64,000 nt of DNA from Mustelus asterias (taxonomy: Eukaryota), in assembly GCF_964213995.1 (NCBI RefSeq), contig NC_135830.1, positions 11,842,001 through 11,906,000 on the forward strand. Direction: 5' to 3'. The notes under the pieces were generated by a model. That model was not told the DNA's origin, searched no databases, and worked only from the letters and a program-made list of their open reading frames with translations. This document shows, piece by piece, positions 23,372 through 35,600 of this stretch (position 1 is the first letter of the stretch; every line of letters starts with the position of its first letter). A program made the position numbers and the translations under genes.

Positions 23372-24275
23372 TCGTTGCTTTAAACTTTGCCCCATTTTTG
23401 GGTGAATTCCAGCTCACCGTCCCTCCAGAAATGTCACCGCTCATACTCACTTTTTCGCGATCTTATTTTGTTTATCTCATCGTTGTGTGTTTGTGACTGA
23501 AAACTGCCTCCAGTTTTGCACTGAAATCAGCGAAAGATTTTTTTCTCATTTAGTACGAGATTTAAACCCAGACCTGGGAGATTGTGTCAGTGGGAACAAT
23601 AATCATCTCCATTGTCACTCAATTACTCCAGCCTTCCACCCTATTACATTGGTCTTTCCTCCTCTCCCTCTCTATTTTCCTTGACTCTGTACTTGTTTAT
23701 AAACCATTACATCCCTCATCTCTTCCAGTTTGGGTAAAAGGTCAGCAACCTGAATCATTCACTTTCTTTCCCTCTCCAGGGAAGCTGCTGAAGCTGATGA
23801 GTGCTTCCAACATTTTCTGTTTTGAGGTGGGATTTGCAGCAACTGCAGTTCTTAGTTTTGGATCACAGTGGATCACTTTTCTCTGACTTAATCTTACCTG
23901 TTTAAACAGGTAAAGGGCTGAGGTTTTAAATACTAAGACTCCAGAATCTGGTACCCAGTTTGACATGAAATGGAACAAAATGATAATTTATCATTTCATA
24001 AAATACTGCCAATGCAATATGTATTTCGTTGTAAACGCCAGCATTTCTGGCCATCCCTATTTCCCCTTGAACTGAGTATTTTGCTGGGCCATTTCAGAGG
24101 GAAGTTAAGAGTCAATCACGTTGCTTTGCGTCTGGAGTCCCATGGAGGCCAAACAGGGGAAGAGTGGCAGATTTCTTTCTGCAAAAAGTCCAGATGTGTT
24201 TTCATGACAATCAGAAAACAAAGCTTCATTACTGAGACTAGCTTTCACTTCCGTTTCAGTTCTAGACTGTGATGT

Positions 24276-24869
24276 TGTTGTGGGAAAAATCCACTAGTAG
24301 TCAGAATTCGTGATTCAGAAAACACGATTTATTTAACGGAGCTCCGTGGAGACAAGGCAAATGTCTGTAGCAAACCTTCTCTCGGTAAAATGTCGGGAGC
24401 GGTCCATCTTTATACTCTTTTACACAATGGATGGACCGGTGATTTGAACATTATCACATCGTTTAGGCAGGTACAAACAGATATAGACATTTAACATTGT
24501 ATTGTTCTTACGAATGGGTACATTTCCATCTGTCTGTATCTATCAATGGTTGGTTTCGGCTCATTCAGGTGTTAATTGGTTTCCTCGCATTCATATTTTC
24601 CCGCTCTTCCTATGGTTAACCTATTCCCTTTGTTTCGGGCTTTCCTTGTCTTAAAATATGTTTTGACCCTCGGCTTGGCTTCCTGAGGTGTTTGTTTACT
24701 CTGAGTCGCTGTCTGTGATTTAGAAATGGCTTGTCTGTTAGGTTTTGATTTAAAGTGATTTCTGATAAGTGGGAGCCGGGGTCTGCTTTTTTTGGCTCCT
24801 TTCCCAGTTAACTCTTTATGTGCCAGGCAGCCATTTTAAAGTGTCCTTTCCTTGTATTTTCCCCTTACA
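24276..24869 (-). mobile_element. Solo LTR
   Basis: Absent from paralogous copy A; TG...CA ends with short inverted termini (TGTTGTGGGAAAAAT...ATTTTCCCCTTACA); TATAAA then AATAAA on the minus strand. Confidence 0.8.
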
Positions 24870-25181
24870 GTGGGATCCGGACATGTGAGCCTTGGTCTCC
24901 GGATTCAGACTCCACTGATTTTACCACTATGTCACCATCATCCGGGAAGCGTGCAAGTGCAAAGCCTCCACGTGGAATCAATCCGCTTAATTTCACAAAA
25001 CAAACATTTAAAGCAGTGTACTGTGGAAATCAGTGTCAGACACTCAGGATACCGGGGAATTGACGAGACATCTATAGGGCAGAAGGGGCTATTTTTGTGC
25101 TGTAAAACTCTATGACTCTATGACCTCTTTCCAGAAATTGCATTGGCTCCGAAATTGACGCATGTTGTACATTTTCTGCAG

Positions 25182-25573
25182 TCAAAAATCCACAGGAACC
25201 CTCCGTTTCTGTCCTCCTGCCCTCGGCAGAAGAAGTCTCCGCTCAGAGATTCGTCTCCCTCAGCTGCTTAGTGAGAGGTTTCTCCCTCCGAGTGCTCTTC
25301 CTCACGTGGCCCATCAATGACAAGCCGGTGAATCCTGGGAACTACAAGAACACCGAGGTGATGGCGGAGAACGGCAATAGCTCCTTCTTCATGTGCAGCC
25401 TGTTATCCATTGCAGCGGAGGAGTGGTCCAGTGGCGCTTCTTACTCATGTGTGGTGGGACATGAAGCCATCCCTTTGAAGATCATCAACAGAACGGTTGA
25501 CAAATCCAGCGGTAAAACCAGTTCTGTGAACATTTCTCTTGCACTGTTGGACAGCGTTAATTCATGTCAATGA
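25182..25573 (+). CDS. IGHM: IgM heavy chain C-mu4 exon + secretory tailpiece
   Basis: Acceptor TTTTCTGCAG, phase 1; (V)[33 protein letters not shown]...[25 protein letters not shown]...[15 protein letters not shown] closely matches shark IgM C4 as I recall it; internal donor G|GTAAAA at 25511/25512; AATAAA at 25601. Confidence 0.93.
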
Positions 25574-26909
25574 GAATCAAACAGTTACGTTCAGAACTTC
25601 AATAAAATAATAAAAGGTCTTTCCTCCAATGATGAATGAAAATACCCAATCGCTTAATTGATTGTTTTCCAGTTTTAATTCTATGAAGTCTACATGGTTT
25701 GGGTGTCATATTTCCAAGTCTCGGACCTAAATCTTGTCGAACCAGTGCTTCCAGATCAGAGTCATGCACCCTGGGTTAGAGACAGACAAGAGCACATTCA
25801 TTACAGAATTCTGCAAAATAGCTTCAACAACCTTCCTGCTGCTGAGGCGAAATCCAACGAATTCATATTTCAGATAAACAAATACAGCATATTTAGATCT
25901 TGGTGTTCCTGCTTCTCTCATCTTCCATCCCATTAACATTGATATGAGCCTTAAATTGCTGCACTACACACACTGCGAACTGAAGTGAGGGTCACACAGA
26001 CATGGAGCAACAATCCCCCATCGTGGGGCGGGGGGTGGGGGGGGGTGGTAGAATGGAGGGAGGGGGACGGGGGCTTAAATTGTTAACACACTGGATTCCC
26101 ACTGTCCCAGAAAAGTGAGGGGGAGGGGCATTGGATAATCCACTGAACCACCACTCCACAAACAAAGAGAGTGGGAGTGGCATTAGGAAAAGCATTGTAG
26201 CCCCACTTGCTCAACAAAGAGAAGAGGATAGGGAGGAGTTAATCCACTGAATTAGCACTCCCCAAAAAAGAGGGGGAAGGATATTAGTTAATGTACTCTG
26301 CCCCCAATTCCCCACTAAAGAGATAGAGAGGGGAATGTCGTTAATCCACTGTACCCCCACTTCACCAACAAAGAGAGGTGGAGGGACAGTAGTGAACCAA
26401 CTCTATCTACAGCTCCTTCGCAAGGAGAACAGGAATGGAAATTGTTCAGCCCATAGAGCGAGGGAAACTATGAACTCACCACTCTCCTTCTCTCCGAGCA
26501 GAAGATATGGAAGAGATCGGCTTTCTACGCATGGGCTCAGTAACCAAGAGTGCATTTGGGTTTCTACATTTCTGGCTGCAAATTCTAAACTTCCAATATG
26601 CTAATCATGTTGCGGAATATATATTTATGGAACATTATTTTCAAAATTTAAACACTCTTGTTCCAGTCCATCGTTTGCGAACATTGATTTCTCACAATCC
26701 AAATTTAAACCGCTCCCTGGGTTTTCATACACCTAGCCCTGATTTTTATGTTGTTAAATAAATTGTGACATTAATTCAACTAATTTCGCCTTGCATCTAC
26801 AGAGACTGTTGAAAACATTTTCCATAATTCACACCCGTCAGGGTCAAATTCCCTTATTTCCATGCTGTGAGATTTAGTACAATAGTAAATATACAGGCGA
26901 CCGACAAAA

Positions 26910-28205
26910 CTGCACACAGTTGACAGACACCCACATGCACGCACACAGAAACACACACCACACACAACCAAATACACAAATACACATACAATCAAATATA
27001 CACAAAGGAAAAGACAAACACACACACTAATTCATACAAAAACACACATACATACACACTCACAAATAGACACATACGCCCTCACAAAAACGAGCACATG
27101 CATACTCACACACCCAAAAACACAAATTAAATATACACAAAGAAAAAGACAAACACACACGCGATTACACACATACAAAAACACAAATACACACACATTC
27201 ATAAATGCACACATACGCCGACACAAAAACGAGCACATGCATACTCACATGCACAAATTTGTACACACACAAATATAAGCATGCACAAAAATTAAGAAAC
27301 AAAGGAATACGCGGGTGTATAAACAGAGACAAAGATATACAAAAATAAACTCATATATGTCCATGTAAATACGCAAATACACAGACACACAAGTGCCATC
27401 TCTAGTACACACAAACACACACATTCACAGAAGCATATAGACAGACAGTAACACACAAACAGATGCATCTACACAAAGATGCATACTTTCCTACACACAT
27501 GCAAGCACGCAGACAATTGCAGAAATGCACAGAAAAACACACATAGGTACAGACACACACACACACGCAAACACACAGCTCCACACACGAAAAACACATG
27601 CAAATACGCAGGTACTTACAAGGGCACACATGCACACAGACATACACAAACACTGACACTGAAAGACATCAGCACATTAGTACACACACATGCATTAGTT
27701 ACATAAATGCACATGTATACATACAAACATGCACTCATCATAGAATTCGAGAAATGCACATAAAATACACACATGTGCATACTGACGCAAAACTGTACAC
27801 GACACCCACACACACACAAACACAATGGCTACACAAATACATACACTGAAACGCACACAAACACGCATGCACTCTCACACAAACAAGTAGACACAAACGC
27901 AAACATATGAAATACAGACAAACAGAATCACCCAAGGACATGGAACGCAAATATAACCTTAATGAAAGAATATGGATTTAAAAATGCACAAGCTCACACA
28001 CAAATGTAGACACACAGACGCACGTTAACAGGATACACATGGACACACAAATACATAGATCAACAGCAAATTATTCAGACACACATGTAGACGCAAATAT
28101 TAATATGCCAATGTACAAGAAAACAGAAACACATACATCAATACAAATGAGGACAAAACATATGTCAAATCATCTTTATAAAGTTCTAACAAAGCATAAA
28201 TGCAC

Positions 28206-28265
<60 letters not shown>

Positions 28266-28590
28266 TCACAGAAAAACAAACACGTATGCATTGACAGATA
28301 GGTGGAAGACCAAAAGCATATTAACACATATATTAACAGGCATGAATGCATAAACATGCATAAATATAAACATTAATAAATGAACAAATACTTGAACACA
28401 CAATAATAAACGCATATATACACATTCACAGAGAAACATAATGTACACACAGATACAGACACATGAATTTACAAATTAACACACATTGGCACAGGGTCAC
28501 ACATTAACACAAACATACATGAACACACAAACAAATAATAATGCAAAGCACGGGATGCGCATGCGCACATAAACAAACTCAAAAACAAAG
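26910..28590. repeat. CA-rich low-complexity tract in the IgM C4-TM intron
   Basis: Degenerate (CA)n/(ACAT)n; near-pure (CA)n at 28210-28265. Confidence 0.9.
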
Positions 28591-29131
28591 GTCAGGCTAT
28601 TGATGGAAGTATAATTCAAGTTACTTTTTAAAGGGCATTTTCTCCAACAATTGTTTCAATAATAAAATAACTCAACCAATATTCTGAAAGAGAAACTGAT
28701 TTAAGTTAGTAATGTGACAAGTGATTCCATCCCACAGATAAACAAACAAGTTGGATACTCACGTTCGAGTTCTTCAATAGCAACATTTACAGTTTACAAA
28801 TAAACAGATCAGAAATCTCCCTCGAAACACATCATGATATTCTCCAATAATAGGTAGCATGAAATTGTTGGAAAATGAGCAGATACTGAAGAAAAGTTGC
28901 CATATTTTCCCATACAGTCTGTACGAGGAATGTAAGAAAGAACATGTATGAAAATAGTTACAGAGATCGGTTACTGAGTGTCACGAACTCAATAGTAGAT
29001 ATATATGAAAATTCAATGAGAGAATGAATTAATAGCTTAGGAAGGAGAAATGAGAATATACAAAGTAACATTTAGATATGCTGGATAAATAAAGCAATCT
29101 AATTATATTTTCTCGGCTCTGACCCCCATAG

Positions 29132-29259
29132 ATTCCACAGGCCGCATCTGGATTGAAGGCAATGAGGATGACAACAGCAACATCTGGACAACCGCTTCTA
29201 CATTCATTGTTCTGTTCTTCCTGAGCATTTTCTACAGCACTGCGGTCACTCTGGTGAAG
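29132..29259 (+). CDS. IGHM: IgM transmembrane exon TM1
   Basis: AG acceptor and GTGAG donor; DSTGRIWIEGNEDDNSNIWTTASTFIVLFFLSIFYSTAVTLVK (CART motif), in frame with the C4 internal donor. Confidence 0.93.
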
Positions 29260-29398
29260 GTGAGATGAATCAATCCACTCACATTTCAAACTGGCAGAAG
29301 GGATTTGAAAGATCTCTCAATGTTTCATTGATTAAAAACTCTAACATTAATGCCCCGCATCATTAACATCTGCTTCATTGTTGTATTCTTTTTTACAG

Positions 29399-29407
29399 AT
29401 CAAGTGA
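29399..29407 (+). CDS. IGHM: IgM TM2 exon (IK-stop)
   Basis: TTCTTTTTTACAG|ATC AAG TGA gives cytoplasmic tail KIK; AATAAA downstream (29643). Confidence 0.85.
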   Translation: MK

Positions 29408-29923
29408 TGGGTTGAATTATGGACGCTGTAGATTTCCCTCAGTTGATTATGAAGATTTATGTATGACACACATAAAATATCTGCTCTCGGTGAATCTAAG
29501 AGTAAAATTCTCTCAGTTTATCATTCTGCACCTGAAATTCAGACAGTCGTGGTCGGTATTTCAAATTTCAATATGAAATGTCCGAGGTTTGGTTTTGTAA
29601 TGTAACTGTAGTTGATAGTTTCCCTGTAGTTTAAATTTCATGAATAAATCAATGATTTTTCTCGTTCCTTTTTCTCAATTGTTCATTCCCCGATAAGTTT
29701 AACTTCTGTTTAATCTTTCTTGTGGCCGTTGTCGTTGTACATATATTGGACAGCTCGGAGCAGGCGTGTTCTATTCTCAATGTGAAGATAAAATCGTTAT
29801 GTTCACTTTTGTCAACTTTAAAACAAACCTTTATGTTAAACGTTCTCTGAATTTTTAAAATAAATCTTGAATGAAATAAATAACTAATTCTGACTTTGCT
29901 TAACTCCTTTCTTTAAACTCACC

Positions 29924-30217
29924 GAGCACAGTGGTTAACATTGCTGCTTTACAGCGCCAGGGTCCCGGTTCGATTCCCGGCTTGGGTCACTGTCTGTGCA
30001 GAGTCTGCACGTTCTCCCCCTTTCTGCGTGAGTTTCCTCCGGGTGCTCTGGTTTCCTACCACAGACCGCAAGATGTGCTGATGAGATGCATTGGCCATGC
30101 TGAATTCTCCCTCAGTGTACCCAAACAGGCGCCGGAGTGTGGCGACGAGGGGATTTTCACACGAACTTTTTTGCCAAATTAATGTAAGTCTGTTTGTGAC
30201 ACAAATAAATAAACTTA
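29924..30217 (+). mobile_element. tRNA-derived SINE
   Basis: CACAGTGGTTAAC...CCCGGTTCGATTCCCGGCTTGGGTCACTGTCTGTG core; AATAAATAAAC tail. Confidence 0.8.
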
Positions 30218-31204
30218 AATACTTTCTCCGGAACCCATCGGCACCGCTCCATTTCCCCGATTACACGGTTACCCCGTTTTCCCAGGCAGGTATTTTTCCC
30301 CAGTCCTGTCTGGGATGTGTTTGAACTCACGGTCCCTTCCGTGAAAGAGGCAATGCACCACCCAGTGAATCATCTGTGTAAAGAAATCTGTACCGCTGCC
30401 TCTTGATGATAAACTCCAGAATCAGAATGGTTGACCAGCGAAGCGAACCTCTGTGATTTCAGGCATAAACAGGTCTGTCACTGTCGAATGTCAGGTAATT
30501 TTCAATAGCAAGGCCTCGGCTTCATCAAAGGCCGATACAGCACAATATATGGGAGAAGAAAACTTCCTGGACACTGTCGCACCTAACACTGTGATATCTA
30601 CGGCGTTGGTTGTCAGAGTTAATCTCTCTCCCTAACTTCCGATTAAATAGTTCCAAGGCAGGGACGCCACCAGCTCGATAATAAAACTCGGAGAGAACAG
30701 TGGGGTATCAACCATGAGGGAACTAGATATCTTTTCTGCAAAAACATGTAATCGAGTACACATTTCCTCCAAATGATTGCCAGCGTTTGGGGTCGATGAG
30801 ATATACTCGGGGGAAAAAACGTAGAAATTCCCAGATCCTGGGGTCAATCGAAAGCAACAAATGAGCAGAGGTTACTGGAAATGTTCCCAGAGAATGCGGC
30901 TTCTTCTGCTACAGAGACTCCAGCTTAGCATTTTCTCTTAAACAGAATTTTTCTTAAATATATATTTTGCCCCCATGTTCTGTTAGAAATTCACATCTCC
31001 ATTTTCTGGTGAACACACAGTGACGATCATAAGACCATAAGACCGTAAGACATAGGAGCAGAATTAGGAACCACTCGTCCCAAGGAGTCTGCTCCCCCAT
31101 TCAGTCATGTCTGCTTCAAGATTTCCTTTGATGTAAAAAATACCACTGTCTCTCTTATTAATTTTTCGATTATGCATTATCCCCAATAATCGTCATTACC
31201 ACCC

Positions 31205-31562
31205 GCTGAACTGACTGAACATCACCCCAGTGACCCTTTCTCCATGTTCCATCCCCCCTGACACCGTCAGCTGAACTCACTAATCTTCACCCCAGGGATC
31301 CTCTCTCCCGGCTACATTCCTCCTGATACCATCCCCCTGAACTCACTGAGCATCACCCCAGAGATCCCCTCTCCCTGCTCCATTCCCTCTGATTGCATCC
31401 CCCTGAACTCACTGAACGTCACCGCAAGGATCCTCTCTCCTGGCTCCATTCCGTCTAATAACATCCCCCTGAACTGCCGAATATCACCCCAGGGGTCCTC
31501 TCTCCCTGTTCCATTCACTCTGACACCATCCCCCTGAAGCCACTGAATATCACCCCAGTGAT
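31205..31562. repeat. Minisatellite, ~66-bp unit, ~5 copies
   Basis: CATCCCCCTGAACTCACTGAACATCACCCCAGGGATCCTCTCTCCCTG.TCCATTCC repeated. Confidence 0.85.
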
Positions 31563-32645
31563 CTGCCGGTGAAATTCAAATCTTCCCGCCCTGACCATTC
31601 TGTCCACCTCCAACTCACTAAGTTCTTCCGCAGACTATTGATAACAGCAGCATCTCCTGAGGATTCTGGTTTGGTCCTTTGTATTTTCTGACATTTTATT
31701 TTCTGAAGCTGGGATCTTTTGATTGTAATGTCCTGAAGTTCAGCTTCGAGATCTGAGTTGGTTACATATCATATCAACTTCAGAGAGATAAAAATGAACC
31801 CCTGCATGCGTGTTCAGAAAAACTGCTCTTAATGGTGGAGTGGACTCGATGGGCCGAATGGCCTTACTTCCGCTCCTATGTCTTATGGTCTTATGGTCTT
31901 ATAGTTACAATACTCTTTGACACATCATATCCACCGCCCCATGCAGCTATGTGCCCAACCCCCTCATTCTGTCACTTTCACCTTCAATCGGTAAGACTCC
32001 CCATCTCCATGTACTTTCCCCAAGCTCGGGAGGTCTCACGTTGGTCAGGGCCATTGTTTTTTTCTAAGGCATGCGGTACTGAATCTGGGAATGAGTGACT
32101 GGATAATGGAGAGGGAGATTTGTTTTACATAACACCTGTGCCAAAACTGTCCTATAATGTCATACCAGATTGTAGAGGGAGGTTTTTATTTCTATCTTTG
32201 TATAACCTGCTGGACTTAGTAATATGCTTAGCTGACAATCAGCACGCACACAAATACACCCACACCCACACACGCACGCACGGACACACACACATTTATA
32301 CATTTTGGCTGTTTTGAGACTTTGCTGGTTAGGGTTACGACAAGATTCTATTCATACCTAATTTTAGTACAACCTTATAAAAGATAGAATTATTAATATG
32401 AATAAAATGAACATGTATTATGACACTGAAAACGAGCAACCTGAAACAATTGATTGCAGTTGGTGTGCAAATAAGCAAAGGTTTCAAATGGAAAAAAGGA
32501 TAAAACAGAACGATAATAATAATTCAGCGTTAATAATGATCCCCAAAAAAATCATGTCACAATATTTGCACAGAAAGGTAGAAGTTTTTAGTCTGGATTC
32601 CACTGAATGGCGCTCCAGCACTTCAGATGTGGCCAAAAATATCCA

Positions 32646-35600
32646 AAACATAGAACATAGAGCAGTACAGCAGAGAACAGGCCCTTCGGCCCACGATGTT
32701 GTGCCGAGCTTTATCTGAAACCAAGATCAAGCTATCCCACTCCCTATCATCCTGGTGTGCTCCATGTGCCTATCCAATAACCGCTTACATGTTCCTAAAG
32801 TGTCTGACTCCACTATCACTGCAGGCAGTCCATTCCACACCCCAACCACTCTCGGCATAAAGAACCAACCTCTGATATCCTTCCTGTATCTCCCACCACG
32901 AACACTATAGTTATGCCCCCTTGTAATAGCTCCATCCACCCGAGGAAATAGTCTTTGAACGTTCACTCTATCTATCCCCTTCATCATTTTATAAACCTCT
33001 ATTAAGTCTCCTCTCAGCCTCCTCCGCTCCAGAGAGAACAGCCCGAGCTCCCTCAACCTTTCCGCATAAGACCTACACTCCAAACCAGGCAGCATCCTGG
33101 TAAATCTCCTCTGCACTCTTTCCAGCACTTCCACATCCTTCTTATAGTGAGGTGACCAGAACTGCACACAATATTCCAAATGTGGTCTCACCAAGGTCCT
33201 GTACAGTTGCAGCATAACCCCACGGCTCTTAAACTCCAACCCCCTGTTAATAAAAGCTAACACACTATTGGCCTTCTTCACAGCTCTATCCACTTGAGTG
33301 GCAACCTTTAGAGATCGGTGGATATGAACCCCAAGATCTCTCTGTTCCTCCACAGTCTTCAGAACCCTACCTTTGACCCTGTAATCCACATTTAAATTAG
33401 TCCTACCAAAATGAATCACCTCACATTTATCAGGGTTAAATTCCATTTGCCATTTTTCAGCCCAGCTTTGCATCCTATCTATGTCTCTTTGCAGCCAACA
33501 ACATCCCTCCACCTCATCCACTAGTCCACCAATCTTGGTGTCATCAGCAAATTTACTGATCCACCCTTCAGCCCCCTCCTCTAAGTCATTAATAAAAATC
33601 AGAAAGAGCAGAGGACCAAGCACTGATCCCTGCGGCACTCCGCTAGCAACCTGCCTCCAATACGAACATTTTCCATCGACCACCACCCTCTGTCTTCGAT
33701 CAGACAGCCAGTTACCTATCCAATCGGCCAACTTTCCCTCTATCCCACACCTCCTCACTTTCATCATAAGCCCACCATGGGGGACTTTATCAAACGTCTT
33801 ACTAAATTCCATGTATATGACATCAACTGCCCTACCTTCATCAACACACTTAGTTACCTCCTCAAAAAATTCTATCAAATTTGTGAGGCACGACTTGCCC
33901 TTCACGAATCCGTGCTGACTATCCCGGATTAATCCGCATCTTTCTAAATGGTCGTAAATCCCATCTCTAAGGACCTTTTCCATCAATTTACCAACCACCG
34001 AAGTAAGACTAACCGGTCTATAATTACCAGGGTCATTTCTATTCCCTTTCTTAAACAGAGGAACAACATTCGCCATTCTCCAGTCCTCTGGCACCATCCC
34101 CGTGGACAGCGAGGACTCAAAGATCAAAGCCAAAGGCTCTGCAATCTCATCCCTTGCCTCCCAAGGAATCCTAGGATACATTTAATCAGGCCCAGGGGAC
34201 TTATCGACCTTCAGTTTATTCAAAAGTGCCAGGACATCCTCCCTCCGAACATCTATTTCCTCCAGCCAATTAGCCTGTAACACCTTCTCTTCCTCAAAAA
34301 CATGGCCCCTCTCCTTGGTGAACACTGAAGAAAAGTATTCATTCATCACCTCGCCTATCTCGACTGACTCCATACACAAGTTCCCACTACTGTCCTTGAC
34401 CGGCCCTAACCTCACCCTGGTCATTCTTTTATTCCTCACATAAGAGTAAAACGCCTTGGGTTTTCCTTGATCCGACCCGCCAAGGACTTCTCGTGTCCCC
34501 TCCTAGCTCTCCTCAGCCCCTTTTTCAGCTCATTCCTTGCTAACTTGTAACCCTCAATCGAGCCATCTGAACCTTGTTTCCTCATCCCTACATAAGCTTC
34601 CCTCTTCCTTTTCACAAGACATTCCACCTCTTTCGTGAACCATGGTTCCCTCACTCGGCCATTTCCTCCCTGCCTGACAGCGACATACCTAACAAGGACA
34701 TCCAGTATTTGTTCCTTGAAAAAGTTCCACTTTTCATTAGTTCTTTCTCTGACAGTTTCTGTTCCCAACTTATGCCCCCTAATTCTTGCCTAATCGCATC
34801 ATAATTACCTCTCCCCCAATTGTAAACCTTGCCCTGCCGTACGGCCCTATCCCTCTCCATTGCAATAACAAAAGACACCGAATTGTGGTCACTATCTCGA
34901 AAGTGCTCTCCCACAACCAAATCTAACACTTGGCCCGGTTCATTTCCCAGTACCAAATCCAATGTGGCCTCATCTCTTGTCGGCCTATCCAGATATTGTG
35001 TCAGGAAACCCTCCTGCACACCCTGCACAAAAACTGCCCCATCCGAACTATTTGACCTACAAAGTCTCCAATCAATATTTGGAAAGTTAAAGTCCCCCAT
35101 GACAACTACCCTGTGGCCCCCACACATATCCATAATCTGCTTAGCAATTTCTTCCTCCACATCTCTATTACTATTTGGGGGCCTATAGTAATCTCCTAAC
35201 AACATGACCGCTCCTTTCCTATTTCTAACCTCAGCCCATATTACCTCAATGTGCAGATGCCCCTCGAAGTGCCTTTCCGCAGCCGTTAAACTATCCTTGA
35301 TTAACAATGCCACTCCTCCACCTCTTTTACCAGCTTCCCTACACTTAGTGAAACATCTATACCTCGGAATGTCCAACAACCATTCCTGTCCTTGTTCTAC
35401 CCACGTCTCCGTAATGGCCACAACATCGTAGTCCCAAGTAGCAATCCACGCCCCAAGTTCATCTACCTTGTTCCGGATGCTCCTTGCATTGAAGTAGACA
35501 CACTTCAACCCACCTTCCTGTCTACCGGTACCCACCCTTGACCCTGGTACCTTCCGCAATACCTCACCACCCTCACTGAATTCTGGACTACAACTCCTTT

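Larger units (their letters stand above)
22780..25062 (+). repeat. tRNA-Lys-containing duplicated unit, copy B (with solo-LTR insertion)
   Basis: Colinear with 1995-3715 apart from 24276-24869. Confidence 0.85.

Noticed and set aside
25271-25573. IgW or IgNAR assignment for the Ig exon
   Set aside because: The C-domain, tailpiece and TM sequences match shark IgM as I recall it; the track's GTG start is not a real start.
26780-28448. Many Cys/Val- or His/Thr-rich ORFs
   Set aside because: Translation artefacts of the CA-rich tract.
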